Both the position numbers and the translations under genes were made by a program. The notes below the pieces were generated by a model. That model had not been told where the DNA came from, searched no databases, and saw only the letters and a list, made by a program, of their open reading frames with translations. From the NCBI GenBank assembly GCA_043228905.1, contig JBHGNT010000107.1, forward strand, positions 1 through 64,000: a stretch of 64,000 nt of DNA, written 5' to 3'. How positions within the stretch are numbered: position 1 is the stretch's first letter; every line of letters starts with the position of its first letter. Positions 1 through 13,124 of this stretch are shown piece after piece. Source of the stretch: Azolla caroliniana (Eukaryota > Plantae > Polypodiophyta).

Positions 1-217
1 TCAGATATGCTGACCAAAGTGTTGACACCCGACAAGCTGGATGCATGCCGGAAGAGAATCGGACTGGTAAGACACCCTATGCCGGAGTGAAGGGGGAGTT
101 TGTTGGGAGACAGGTCCCTCCAGATGGGAAGGGAGAAGAACAATGCCGACGAACAATCTCGGCCGAGGCCGAAACCGGATGAGGAGTACCCGGCTACGAA
201 GAGCCGGATGGTGCAGA
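1..217 (+). mobile_element. 3' end of a Ty1/Copia element (family A): RNase H C-terminus, PPT and truncated 3' LTR
   Basis: 1-90 reads SDMLTKVLTPDKLDACRKRIGLVRHPMPE*, matching the ends of 35726..37231 and the Copia at 2544-8246. PPT GAAGGGGGAG at 89-98. LTR starts TGTTGGGAGAC at 101 and breaks off at ~217. Confidence 0.9.
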
Positions 218-482
218 AGAGAGCGTTCGACCGTCGATCACTTCAACTAGAATCGGGACGGTTAATTTGTTGCTTGGAATGTTGTGTTTCCATGCAAACA
301 TGATGTCAATAAAGCACGACGTAGCTCCAGAATCCAACAAAGATTTTTTCTTCAAAGTGGTAGAGCAAAATTGAAGAGTGATCGGAATCATGAAACTTGT
401 TGTCGAGGAAGTCGGTTGATTGGGCCCTTGACATAATTGTCGACTCTTGTGGTCTAGATGCACAATCCCTACTGCAACTGGA

Positions 483-1702
483 TGTTGGGAGACAGGTCCC
501 TCCGGCTGGGAAGGGAGAAGAACAATGCCGACGAACAAACTCGGCCGAGGCTGAAACGGTATGAGGAGTACCCGGCTACGGAGAGCCGGATGATGCAGAC
601 CCGGTATGAACCGGATGAGGAGTACCCGGCTACGGAGAGCCGGATGGTGCAGGCCCGGTATGAACCGGATGAGGAGTACCCGGCTACGGAGAGCCGGATG
701 ATGCAGACCCGGTATGAACCGGATGAGGAGTACCAGGCTACGGAGAGCCGGATGGTGCAGGCTCGGTATGAACCGGATGAGGAGTACCCGGCTACGGAGA
801 GGCGAATGATGCAGACCCGGTATGAACTGGATGGTGCAGGCCCAGTACGAACCGGATGAGGAGTACCCGGCTACGGAGAGCCGGATGATGCAGACCCGGT
901 ATGAACCGGATGAGGAGTACCCGGCTACGGAGAGCCGGATGGTGCAGGCCCGGTATGAACCGGATGAGGAGTACCCGGCTACGGAGAGCCGGATGATGCA
1001 GACCCGGTATGAACCGGATGAGGAGTACCCGGCTACGGAGAGCCGGATGGTGCAGGCCCGGTATGAACCGGATGAGGAGTACCCGGGTATCAACGAGAGT
1101 ATGGTGCAGGCCCGATACGAATCGGATGAGGAGTACCCGGCTACGGAGAGCCGGATGATGCAGACCCGGTATGAACCGGATGAGGAGTACCCGGCTACGG
1201 AGAGCCGGATGGTGCAGACCCGGTATGAATCGGAGGAAGAGACATATTCGTAAATATGTTTTTGAGAGCCCATCGTGGCTATATTTGTAAATAGCCGAAA
1301 AGTCATATTAGTATAAATATGACTTAGGGAAAACTTTTAGTAACTGTAAGTTGTTGTTAATTTTCTTGTTGGTGCAAGAAGAAGAGAGAGTGCGCAACTG
1401 TACAGAGAGAGAGAGAGAGAGAGAGACGAGGTCGTTGTCTCTGTTGTAACCGCCGCCTGTGGCGAAGTTCGTGAGCACGAGGTCGTTGCCTCCGTGAACT
1501 CACTGTTTTGTACATTCTTACATAGTGACAGTTTGCAGCCCGTGGGCTGCCGTGGTTTTTCCCCTAGTTTGGGGTTTTCCACGTAAACCTCCTGTGTATT
1601 TGTCTTCCTCTTTGTGTCGTGTTCTATTTCCCATTTTCTGTGTATGAAAATAATCTCGGTTGTGGCCGAGCGTTGCGCATAAGGAATGAAAAGTTCCCGT
1701 CA
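483..1702 (+). mobile_element. Solo LTR of Copia family A
   Basis: Starts TGTTGGG and ends CCGTCA. Flanked by 5-bp TSD CTGGA (478-482, 1703-1707). Homologous to the LTRs of 2544-8246. Confidence 0.95.
558..1235 (+). repeat. 54-bp tandem array (~12-13 units) in LTR U3
   Basis: Unit GAGGAGTACCCGGCTACGGAGAGCCGGATG(A/G)TGCAG(A/G)CCCGGTATGAACCGGAT, with two variants alternating. Confidence 0.95.
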
Positions 1703-3359
1703 CTGGACATTGGAGTTTTCCTGTTGGTGAGCTAGAATTTTTGGCAGGAGTTGAAGATGAAGTGGATGATGACATGGGAGGCGATGTCGTCAACAATGGT
1801 AGGTGACTTCGCGTAGCGGCTGGCCAAGGTGGATGGATCCGGTGAGGACGTTCCTCTTGCCGGAACGCAAAGAGACGGTTATCGCAGCGCACAACTTGGG
1901 AAATAGCCTCATTCAAAGATGTGGGCTCAGGAAAATTAAGTAAAATAATTTTTATCTCACCTCGTAATCCTCGGCGGAATTGATCGAGGAGGGCTTGTCC
2001 ATCCCACTTCACATCACACGGGAGCTGATGAAATTCGGATGCATAGACTGATGTTGCACGATCGCCTTGTTGTAACACATAGTTTGTTGAGTGCGGCTCG
2101 TCATTTGTCGATCTCCCCAAAAGCTACCTCAAATTCGGTAAGAAATGCTTGGAAATCATTCAAGAGAGGTGAAGCGGTCTCCATTAAAGGGGCAAACCAA
2201 GGTTATGCTTTTCCTGTTAGCAACGTGCCGATGAGCCCAATTGTTGAAAGTCATCATAATAGTGTCGGGGCTGAAGACGAATAATAAGGCGGATTTGTTT
2301 GATGAAACCTCTCAGCCGTGACCTTGTTCCATCGAATTTGTCTGGCAAGCTGACATTGGGTTCTATAGGATAAGGATCAACAATCGGGTGAGGTATAACC
2401 GGTGTGGCTGCCTGAAGTTCTTGAACAGAGTTTCGCAAGTTCGCATTTTCATGTTGGAGTTGTTGCACAACCGCAAAAGTTTGCTCAAGATTACTAGATG
2501 ATTCTGACATGATAATGTATTGAGAAAGAAGGAAAGAAGGAAATGACGAGAACTCAACGCTCCTTATGCGCAACGCTCGGCCACAACCGAGTTTAGAATC
2601 ATACACAGAAAACAGGAAACGGAAACCACGCGACAAAGAGGAGAAGAGTACACAGGATGTTTACGTGGAAACCCAAACTAGGGAAAAAAATTACAGCAGC
2701 CCACAGGCTGCAAACTATCACTATGTCAGAATTTACAACACAGTGAGTTCACGGAGGCAACGACCTCGTGCTCACGATCTTCGCCATAGGCGGTGGTTAC
2801 AACAGAGTCAGCGACCTCTTTCTCTCTCTCTCTCTCTCTCTGTGTACACTATTACGTGCTCACTCTTCTTCTTGCACCAACAAGAATGATAACAACAACT
2901 ACACATGTTTGCCCTAAGTCATATTTATACTAATATGACTTTTCGGCTATTTACAAATATAGCCTCGATAGGCTCTCAGAAACATATTTACGAATATGTC
3001 TCTTTCTGCGGTTCTCACCGGGTCTGCGTCATCTGGCTCTCCGTAGCTGGGTGCTCCTCATCCCGTTCTCACCGGGCCTGCACCATCCGGCTCTGCGTAG
3101 CCGGTTACTCATCCGGTTCTCACCGGGTGTGCACCATCCGGCTCTCCATAGCCGGGTACTCCTCATCCGGTTCTCACCGGGCCTGCACCATTCGGCTCTA
3201 CGTAGCTGGGTACTCCTCATCCAGTTCTCACCGGGCCTGCACCATCCGGCTCTCCGTAGCCGGGTCCTCATCCGGTTTCGGCCTCGGCCGAAATTGTTCA
3301 TCGGCACTGTTCTTGTCCCTTCCAATCCGGAGGGACCTGTCTCCCAACAAACTCCCCCT

Positions 3360-6300
3360 TCACTCCGGCATGGGGTGTTTTACCAGTCCGATCAGCTTCC
3401 GGCATGCATCCAGCTTGTCGGGTATCAGAACTTTGGTCAGCATATCTGACCCGTTCTCGCCGTGTGGATCTTCGTCAGCGCGAACCCCTGGTCATCTACT
3501 CTTTCCCGGATCTAGTTATATCTTCGCTGGATATGCTTCGTCCATGAATGGTAGGCCGCATTCTTAGCAACGTGGATGGCACTTTGACTGTCGCAATAGA
3601 GCCGGTATTCCTCTTGCCGGATACTAAGCTCTCCAATGAAGTCCTTCATCCATAATATTTCCTTGCCGGCTTCCACAGCCGCCATGTACTCCTCCTCCGT
3701 GGTTGACAATGCAACCGTCTTCTGCAGCCTCGACTACCACGAGACAGCTCCCCCTGCATATGTCATTACATACCCGGATGTAGACCATCTGGTATCCACA
3801 TCAGCCGACATGTCCGAATCGGTGAAACCGTCAAGTTGAGGTTTTCCGGAGCCGAATCGGAGACACATATTTGAAGTACCCTTCAAATACCGGAGTATCC
3901 ATTTGATAGCATTCCAGTGCTCCTTGCCGGGATTGCTCATAAACCGGCTCACCACTCCGACTGCGTATCCTATATCCGGTCGGGTACACACCATTGCGTA
4001 CATCAAGCTCCCGACGGCAGAGGCATATGGAATCTTCATCATATCCTCCTTCTCTGCTTTCGTCTTTGGGCTTTGCTTAACGGATAGCCTGCAGTTTGCC
4101 GGAAGTGTCGATCCGACCGGTTTCACTTCTAACATGTTGAACCGGTGAAGCACCTTTGTCACGCACTTCTCCTGTGACAGCCATAATTGCTTCTTTGACT
4201 GGTCCCGAATGATGTGCATCCCCAACATCTGTCTTGCCAGACCCAAGTCTTTCATTGAGAAGGTCCGGTTGAGAGCCTTCTTCAGCATCCGTATTTTGAC
4301 TTGGTTACGTCCAACGATCAACATGTCATCCACGTACAGGAGGAGTATCAAGAAGTCGCCTCCTTCGAACTTCTTCACAAACACGCAGTGATCGGCCTGC
4401 GTCTTGTGGTAGCCTTGATCGGTCATGAAGGAATCGAACTTCCGGTACCATTGTCGGGGAGCTTGCTTTAGTCCGTACAGGCTCTTCTTCAGCCGGCATA
4501 CCAGGTGCTCCTTCCCTTTCTCCACAAATCCTTCCGGTTGCTGCATGTAGACCTCCTCTTTGAGGTCGCCATGAAGGAATGTCGTCTTCACGTCGAGTTG
4601 CTCTACCTCAAGGTCCATGCTTGCCGCTATACTCAGCACCGTCCGGATGGAGGTCATCTTTACTACCGAGGCAAATATCTCGTCGAAGTCCACACCCTTC
4701 TTCTGCTGGAACCCCTTCACCATGATCCTGGCTTTGTATCTCTGGGGGTTCGCGGCATCTCCCGGTTTCAACTTGTACACCCACTTGTTTCGGAGTGCCC
4801 GCTTTCCTTTCGGCAACTCCACCAATTCGTACGTATGGTTCTCATGCAGGGACTCCATCTCGTCCTGCATGGCACTTAACCATTTTCGGCTGTGGGTGTC
4901 ATCCTTCACTTCTTTGAAGCTTTCCGGCTCCCCCTCATCGGTCAACAGAACATGCTTTGCATCTGGAAATCTCCGGGGGGCCCTTCTCTCTCTGAGAGGA
5001 TATCTTCGTCTTTGGGCTTCGGTAGGTGGCTCCTCCATTTGCTCTTCATCCGAATCCGATTCGGGGTCTAGGCCGGTTCCGGTCTCAGCTTCCTCTACTT
5101 CTTCTTCTGCCGGTTCGGTATCCTCACTGTATCCGGCTGGTTCTTTGAGTGCTAACCGGTCTCTCTCTGGTTGGGTCTGCTCATCGTAGAGTCGATCCTT
5201 ACCGGTCGACTCAGAGTTCATTATCTTCTTCTCCGACTCCCAGTCGGCGAGTGTCTTGTCCTCCATGAAGATAATATCTCGACTCCGGAATACCTTCTTG
5301 TCGACCGGGTCCCACACTCGGTAGCCGAACTCATCGTCACCGTAACTGAGGAATATGCATGGTCGGGTCTTTGGATCTAACTTTCCTCTCCGGTCCTTTG
5401 CTACATGCACATACGCAAGACACCCGAACACCTTCAGATGCCGGTAGGACACTTCCTTACCGGTCCATACTCTCTGTGGCGTGTCTCCATCCAAGGGTAC
5501 TGAGGGTGATCTGTTTATCACGTATGTCGTTGTCGACAATGCCTCAGCCCAAAACTTCTTGGGTAGTTTTGCATGCGCTAGCATACTCCGAACCCTCTCC
5601 ATTATGGTCTAGTTCATCCCCTCGGCCAGTCCGTTTAGTTCCGGCGTCTTCGGCACGGTAAATTCGAGCCGGATTCCCTTCGAGCGGCAATACTCCTCGA
5701 ACTGCCCCCGGTATTCTCCTCCGTTGTCTGCTCGAACCGCCTTCAACTTCCATCCGGTTTCTCTTTCCACTCTCGCGTGGAGCTCTTTGAAGACGGATAG
5801 CACCTGATCCTTCGTCTTCAACGGTGTGGCCCACAGCTTCCGGCTGTGGTCATCTATAAACGTCACGAAGTACTGCGCTCCGGCATGTGACTTCGTGTCT
5901 ACTTGACACACATCCGTAGGCACCAACTCTAGTGGTGCATTACGTCTCACCGGTGGCCTTGGTCGGAAGGAGGTCCGGTTTTGTTTACCGGCCAGACAAT
6001 CAGTGCACTTCTCCAAGTGCACGTTCTTCATTGGAATGAGGTATTCGTTTGCAAGCCTCTTCATCCCCTTCTCGCTCCTATGACACAGTCTCTTGTGCCA
6101 CAGCTCACCGGCAGTGTCGGATGCCACGTTCACTTCTTCCGGACATAACCGGGCATTCATCAGGTACAGTGTGTTGACCTTCCGGGCCCGAGCCACAATC
6201 AGGCTCCCTTTGCTGAACTTCATGACACCGTTCCGGATGCTACCCGTGTAGCCTTCATCATCTAGGCGACCAGCTGATATCAGGTTTAGACGAACCTCCG

Positions 6301-7405
6301 GAACGTGTCAAACATCCTTCAGCAACAACTTGCATCCTGTTGGTGTTGAAAACCACACGTCTCCTATGCCGACAATTTGGCATGTACCTTCATTCCCCAT
6401 CCAGACACAGCCGTGGTCATTGGCTGAGTAGGATGAGAAGCATTTCCGGTCCGGGGTAAGGTGAAACGATGCTCCGGAATCTACCACCCAGGTCATCTCG
6501 TCGCCGGCAAGATTTATCTCACTCTCCTCGGTGATGAGCATCAACTCTTCTTCACTTGCCGCGATTGCCGTCGTTCCCTTCCGGTCCGTCCCCTTCCGGT
6601 CTTTACCGTTCCGGTCCGGGGTCCGCTTCGAATCGGTACCGTCGGTTTCCTTTTCTTTACGGAAATGCCAACAGTTCTTTTGGAAGTGACCCGGCTTGCC
6701 GCAATAGAAGCAAGTGGGCCTCCCCCTTGACTTTGACCGTGTCCCCGACTTCTCCCGGTTTTGGGGACTACGGTTTCTATGTCTTCCGCGTTCCGATTCG
6801 GTAAGGATCGCTTTGGAGTCGGATCTCGTATCTTTATCTTTCCGACGCGCCTCCTCATCTAGCAAGCTCGACTTTACTCTTGCTAGGGATAACCGTTTTC
6901 CTTCTGGCCCGGCGTTGCCCAAAGTGACAACCAACGTCTCCCAGCTATCCGGGAGGGAACCGAGCAGGAGTAGCGCTAGTACCTCATCGGCGAGAGGTAC
7001 TTCCAATGACGTTGCCTGGTGTATCAGCCCCTGGAAGACATTCATATGCTCCGCCATGCTGGAGCCATCTTGGTACCAGAGTCATTCTAGCTTCCGGAAT
7101 ACCGAAACCTGATTAACAACATTTTTGTTTTAAAACATTATGCCGATCTTCTCCTAGAGCTCATGAGCCTTGCTCTCTTCATTGAAGTTGTTCTACAGGC
7201 TCATGTTGATGAAGCACTGTATGTACACCGTTGTCTTCATGTGCATCACCTCCCATATCGCGGCGTCGATTTTGTCCAGTCTCTTGTCCCCGAACTGAAC
7301 CGGCAGCTAGAGGTCTTGAACCACGAGCATGTCCCTCATCTTTGACTTCCACACTGAATAGTTGGAGCCGGTGAGCTTGAACATGCCCCCAAACAATTCG
7401 TCCAT
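3360..7405 (-). pseudogene. Copia gag-pol polyprotein with stops and frameshifts
   Basis: CFYCGKPGHFQKNC knuckle, WVVDSGASFH protease, LWHKRLCH..C..C, ADNGGEY and ELNGLAE integrase, QLDVKT and LLYVDDML RT, GFTDSD RNase H. Confidence 0.95.
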
Positions 7406-7420
7406 TTTATGTGTCGTTTC

Positions 7421-7432
7421 GCTCTGATACCA
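7421..7432 (-). promoter_or_regulatory. PBS complementary to initiator tRNA-Met
   Basis: TGGTATCAGAGC on the minus strand, 2 nt from the 5' LTR end. Confidence 0.95.
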
Positions 7433-10034
7433 CTTGACGAGAACTCAACGCTCCTTATGCGCAACACTCGGCCACAACCGAGCTTAGAATCATACACAGA
7501 AAACAGGAAACGGAAACCACGCGACACAAAGAGGAGAAGAGTACACAGGATGTTTATGTGAAAACCCAAACTAGGGAAAAAAACCACGGCAGCCCACAGG
7601 CTGCAAACTATCACTATGTTAGAATGTACAACACAGTGAGTTGACGGAGGCAACGACCTCGTGCTCACGATCTTCGCCATAGGCGGTGGTTACAACAGAG
7701 GCAGCGACCTCTTTCTCTCTCTCTCTCTCTCTCTGTACATTGTTACGTGTTGACTCTTCTTCTTGCGCCAACAAGAATGATAACAACAACTACACATGTT
7801 TGCCCTAAGTCATATTTATACTAATATGACTTTTCGGCTATTTACAAATATAGCCTCGATGGGCTCTCAGAAACATATTTACGAATATGTCTCTTCCTCC
7901 GGTTCTCACCGGGTCTGCGTCATCCGGCTCTCCGTAGCTGGGTGATCCTCATCCGGTTCTCACCGGGCCTGCACCATTCGGCTCTGCGTAGCCGGGTACT
8001 CCTCATCCGGTTCTCACCGGGCCTGCACCATCCGGCTCTCCGTAGCCGGGTACTCCTCATCCGGTTCTCACCGGGTCTGCACCATCCGGCTCTCCGTAGC
8101 CGGGTACTCCTCATACGGTTCTCACTGGGCCTGCACCATCCGGCTCTCCGTTGCCGGGTACTCCTCATTTGGTTTCGGCCTCGGTCGAGATTGTTCATCG
8201 GCACTGTTCTTCTCCCTTCCCATCCGGAGGGACCTGTCTCCCAACAGGAAAGAAGGAAAGAAGGAGATCAATTTGTCACAGATGAACAATTGGGGATAAG
8301 GAGATGGGGAAGTCGATGAGATAGGGAGATCGAGAAGTTGATGACAATGAGTAAAAATATCTATTCCATGACTAGTGTTGATCTCCTTGATGTTAACAAG
8401 GGAGATCAACCCTTTTTATACATATAGTGATGCATGAGAAGCATGCTCATGCCATGTCTTACATACTATAATATCAAGCATACTATTTCTTGCATGCCAA
8501 GTCTTACATATTGGGTCTTACATACCACTTTTTATACAAAGGTTTGAAGTCTAAAGTTTTTCTAGGAGAAATATATATACAAGGGCCTAAGGTTCACATT
8601 TGAGTCGATGTTCATGACAGCTATAAGGCCGAAATGCTTATGCAACACATCCCCGAAGATAGGCAACTAACCGGATTCGCTAGAGTGGTAATGCCGAGTA
8701 TCCACGTAGAGGTACTCAAGATCCAACCGGACTGTGGCAATTGGGAGGAGTTCGAACAAAGACACCTCGAGAAATACGGCCTTGATGACTCACTTAGAAT
8801 TTCGAAAAGGGATCTAATGGAGTGGGTTGAGCTTCCCAGCAAGGGGAGAAATACTATGGCACTTCTACAAGAATTCGAGAAGTGCTTCTTCGCGCGACTC
8901 TCGGCTCTCGATAGGACGGTGCTTGACACAAGCAAGGTCCTACTATTCATAAAAGTTGTTGATGCACGAGACTAAGAGAAGGTGGAGCTCCTCCCCGAAA
9001 CTGATGATGGGCTTAGGACGGATTGGGCTATGGTAAAATGGGTTTGTAGTCACTTCGATAAGAAAAGGGAATGGAACGATGGGTTTCCGTTAGGCGGCCA
9101 AACATCCACAGGCTCCATTAGTGAGACACACGAACCCAGGGGTGGTAGAGCACCTCAAGAAAGAGAGCAAGAAAATGCAAGGTTCGTTCCCGAGAGAAAC
9201 GTGGTTGAAGCACTGTCTGGAGGGTCGGAAATAGACGAGCCCATAAAGATGGTGCAAGATCTCCAAATAGCGCAAGCTAGGAGAGAGAGTGGTGGCCCTC
9301 AAGATCGATGCCCCCCGTTCGCGCAAAGATGTATGTGGTGTGACAATCCCGACCACCTTCGAAGGGAGTGTGGAGACTTTCAAGAGGACCTAAGAAGGGA
9401 TATTGTCTATCTTTGGAACAATAAGGTCTATTCGACGGAGACAACGCACCCCTTGGGATTGAATCAAGGTCGAGGGGGCATGAGAAGGTTAATGGAGGAG
9501 GCCGAAGCACGACATGTTGAAGTTGTCCACTACTCGGCGTTGGCTGGGATCCGAGTGGGGAAAGAGGTGAGGAGGCAAGAGGAGAAAGCGTTTGACTTTT
9601 GGCCGTCAATCCTTGGAAGCCTCTCTAGGGGAAAGTTCAAAAGAGAAGATGCGGATGAAGTGGAAAGAAGGGTCCAAGAAGCAACCGGGTGGAAGGATAC
9701 GGTGGACGAAAAGACAGGCTTAGTGGAAGCCGCTTGCCAAAACTACGAAGTAATGGTAGAATAGAAGAAGGTAGAAAATGACGAGGGAGCCATTCCATCA
9801 AGGAAATATGATGCTCGAGGTGCACGAAGAAGGGAAGAGTCGAACCAGTCTCAAGCATGCAACGAAAGATGGAAAGAGAAGGGGAACCTCCCCCAACATC
9901 AAGCTTTGCTCGGAGATCGAACAAGCAACGGACTTGAAGAAGGTAATGGAGGAAAGGATCCTCGATAGTCGCGTAGATTTTACTCTATGAGAGGTCCTCC
10001 GAATTGCGAAGAAAGAATTCCATGAGGTTATCAT

Positions 10035-11472
10035 TGTTACCGACTAGGAACACGGTCTATGGTCAGTCCTTCGACCTAGACCTCCAAGTGACTATGTGAC
10101 AACGAATGGTAGCGTCTATGCGTAATACTTAGTGGGATATTCCCCGTAACCTAGCAGCGTATAAGGGAGCCGGCTACAACCGAGCTCCTTAGACAATGGG
10201 CTAGCGCACACACCGTTACTTACTCCTACGCTCTCAAGAATTACAGACACACAGTAGATTAACCGCAACTACACACAGATATCAGAGAAGATAGAACTCT
10301 ATTACGATACGCCTCTTACATTCAAAATTACACGCTACCTCTATTAGAGGTTTTCTGCCCTTTATATACGCAGGGTCTTTTAGCCGTTCACGCTTCCCGC
10401 GTGAACCGTTACATGCATTACAAAATTATTCTATTCCATATTACTACGCTCTTGTCCGTCTGTTACTATTCCGGCGGACAACACCTGGCACGCATGTGGG
10501 ATAGTGCCATGGCATGTCGGACCCATCCCTTTAATCTTCCTCCAAAATTGCCTAGATGTTTGGTTCTGCTACGGTGTCCGTGTCTGGGGACGGCAGAGGG
10601 CCCATAGGTGCATCGTTGTGTGGTTCCCCTGTCTGGTCTGGGGAGCTTCTCCTGGTTTCCCTGTTGTCCTGTGTGGGTGGGCCGGGTTCTGTGGACTCTT
10701 CTTGGGCGAGGGGGTTTGGTTCAGCCGTCCGCGGGCTTGCGGTAGGTCGCGGTTCTAGTTCGTGTGTCACTTCCCCTGTGATGTCGGCCGCCGTTGTGCG
10801 CTTTGGGGAGTGGGTTTGCGGTTCCTCTTGGTCCAGGACGTTCTCCATGTGGTTGGCTGTAAGCGTATGCTCCGGTGGTTGGGGTTCCACTTGGGCGGTG
10901 GTGTCATTGTCTAGTATTGCGGGGGACTCCACTCGTCGTTCCATCCTAGAGTCTCGCCATTGCCGCTTCCGATTTTTTCGCTTCCTCCCGTAATTGGGTG
11001 TTTTCTTCTTTCGTCTGGGTGTGTTGTGTTGTCTCCGCTGCGAGTTTCTCTTCAAGGGTCTTTACTGCCGTTGGCCCGGATGTCCTTTTCCCTGTCTGAG
11101 GACTGGTGAAGTTCAGCGCGGAGGCGGTCAATTTCTGATTCCGCCAGTTGTACGACCCTTTTTGCTTTTGAGGCAATGGTGTTCTGAGCCTCAATCTCTT
11201 CCCTCAGGGTTTCGACGACGTTGTTTGGTGGTGGAGCTGCCTGTTGCGTTGTAGTCGCGTTATTTTCCAACTTTGCGATGCGTTCGTTAGCTTTTTGCAG
11301 CTCAGCTTGGGTCAGTTTAACCTTCTTCCAAAAATTCTTATTTTTAATGGCCATCTCCTTGGCGCCCATGCTGACCTTTGCCAGTTCCCTATGAGCTTCG
11401 ACTAGGGCCGCGTTTAATGGGGGTAGTTCCATCCCCATTCGGTGTATACCGGCGTTCCTCTGTCTGCCAACA
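10035..11472 (-). mobile_element. 3' fragment (LTR plus end of extra ORF) of an OTA-like Gypsy inserted in element D
   Basis: Minus-strand LTR ends ...GTAACA at 10035. 10480-10565 is similar to 18255-18345. Coiled-coil and P/T-rich ORFs 11052..11564 and 10552..11055. No TSD found. Confidence 0.6.
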
Positions 11473-12238
11473 GAGACAACAGAGACACCGGTACGGGTCG
11501 GAGATGTAAAAGAACCGGTTGTAGCATTGATCGACCATGGCTTTGAGATCAACCTTCTGTCCATGGACTTTTAGAAAAAGGGAAAGTGGTCGATGAACAC
11601 GAAGCACGGGTGGAAGATTAGAGCGGCGACCTGAGCAACCGAGGAGCTATACAGGGCTTGCCCAAATGTATGGGTGAAGAGGGGGGACATAGAAATAGAT
11701 CAACATTTCCTTGATCAAGAGATGTCGTCGGACCCGGTCATCTTGGGTGAACCATACATCACGGCGGCTCGCATGGAGACGAAGGTGCTAGACAACGGGT
11801 CAGCATATGCGAGGGTCAAGATCCAAGATGGGAGGCATTTGGTCCAATTCCTTATGGTGAGGCCCAACCATGAGCGCAATCGAGCCTCCCTCAAAGGGGA
11901 CAGCCGAGAGGATTTTTGATGTGGCCTATTAAGGAGTGGGGCCGCAATAGCCTGAGGCAAACTAAGACCCTAAACCCTTGCAAAACTAGGAAACAATTTT
12001 GGTTCTCCGAAAATGGAGGTTGTAAAATTACTAGTTTAATTGATAGAGATCACCCTAGGGCCAAGAGATATGAAAGGTATCTCCAACAATGTAATTTATT
12101 AAAGGAAAATGAAACCATAAGCGGCGCTATGGAGGCGGTCTCGTTCGACGACACTCTCGGAGAGATGGAGAGGATAGTTGCTTCGGGCCTCAATAAAGAC
12201 AAGGTAATTCTAGTCAACTCAGTTGACATGTACACCAA

Positions 12239-12371
12239 TGTTGAGCGGCAAGCTCAACCGGATCCGGATCGGCATCCAGAAGGATGAAGCCGGACTGGTG
12301 AGCTGGTCAGCAAGTGAGCCTATGAGCTGGGGAGCCGGCTAGCTAGATCAAACAGTAACCGGAAGCCTAGT
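12239..12371 (+). repeat. 5' fragment of a Copia-type LTR
   Basis: TGTTGAGCGGCAAGCTCAACCGGATCCGGATCGGC matches the LTR start at 31645. Confidence 0.65.
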
Positions 12372-12588
12372 AGTAGCCATCGAAGAGCTTGGTCGCTTGA
12401 TCGAGGAAGCGAGGAAGGTCAAGGTGCAAACAAAGTAAAAGACCGTGGACAAAAAGCTGAAGCTTGTGACTGCCCCATTGCCTAACAATAGTGGGGAACG
12501 GATAAAGGGGGTAGCGGCCGATCCTAGCTTGCGGGACCCACGAGGCACAGGGCACCGGTTCACCGATGAGACACGACAGAAGCTCTGG

Positions 12589-13124
12589 TGTCGCGGAAAT
12601 CCGCTTGCATGTCGGATAGGACGGGACCACGCGGGTCTTGGACTAGGGAGTAAGAGGAGGGAGAGAACCTTGGGAGTTCAACCAAGAAGGAAGAGAAAGA
12701 TTAAGATTCAAGATATTAAGATTCAAGAGAATAAGATCTAAACAAGACAAGATACATTATGGAAAGCACCACACCAATTACAACCGTGGCCGTGTAGGCC
12801 GAATGTAAATCCTCTAGATGAAACCCTAAATGGATAGGGGAAAAGAAGAAGATGAAGAAGACGAATGAAAGCCGTAAAACGAGATCCTAAAACCCAAAAT
12901 TCGGAAACCCTAATGGCAACCCAAAGAAACCCAAAAAGTGGAAGCCCCTCAAAAGTGACCCCTCACTCCCTTTTATAGTAGTAAGGGGTGAGGCACATTA
13001 CATAAAGAGGAGTCAAATATCCTTTCCTTTAATGGGGAATATCTCCCATGATCTTAATGACGGGCCTTTAACTCTCTCCCCTCACGCTTTCAATGCCATT
13101 GCCCATCATATTTGTACCCCCACA
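12589..13124 (-). mobile_element. Probable solo LTR (~536 bp) inserted in element D pol
   Basis: TG...CA termini, TATA-like motif on the minus strand at ~12971. Interrupts the pol frame between RQKLW and LPREEERF. TSD does not match. Confidence 0.55.

Larger units (their letters stand above)
218..2510 (-). pseudogene. gag: G1 gag-protease, frameshifted and split by solo LTR 483-1702
   Basis: ORF pieces 2217..2636, 1518..2120 and the 3' part of 194..1306 carry retrotransposon gag and DSG protease motifs. Confidence 0.8.
2544..8246 (-). mobile_element. Full-length degenerate Ty1/Copia element (family A)
   Basis: LTRs 2544-3349 and 7435-8246. TSD GGAAA (2539-2543, 8247-8251). PBS and PPT (3350-3361) present. 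Domain order GAG-PR-INT-RT-RH. Confidence 0.97.
218..8619 (-). mobile_element. Truncated Ty3/Gypsy chromovirus-type element G1 (5' LTR, gag, start of protease), interrupted by a Copia solo LTR and a full Copia
   Basis: LTR 8274-8619 (TGTCA...TGACA). Gag fragments PDKFDGTRSRLRGFIKQIRL and LLDQFRRGLRGEIK..SLNEAISQVVRCDNRL resemble gag 21726..22895. Protease LLDSGATSCFID at ~300-345. Confidence 0.85.

Noticed and set aside
558-1235. CRISPR-like array (also 15954-16480)
   Set aside because: Units are contiguous with no unique spacers, there are no cas genes, and the context is eukaryotic LTR.
194-1306. Repeat-protein ORFs (RYEPDEEYPATES and antisense frames), also at 2905-3567 and 7920-8319
   Set aside because: They are by-products of a 54-bp unit (a multiple of 3) inside LTRs, open in several frames on both strands.
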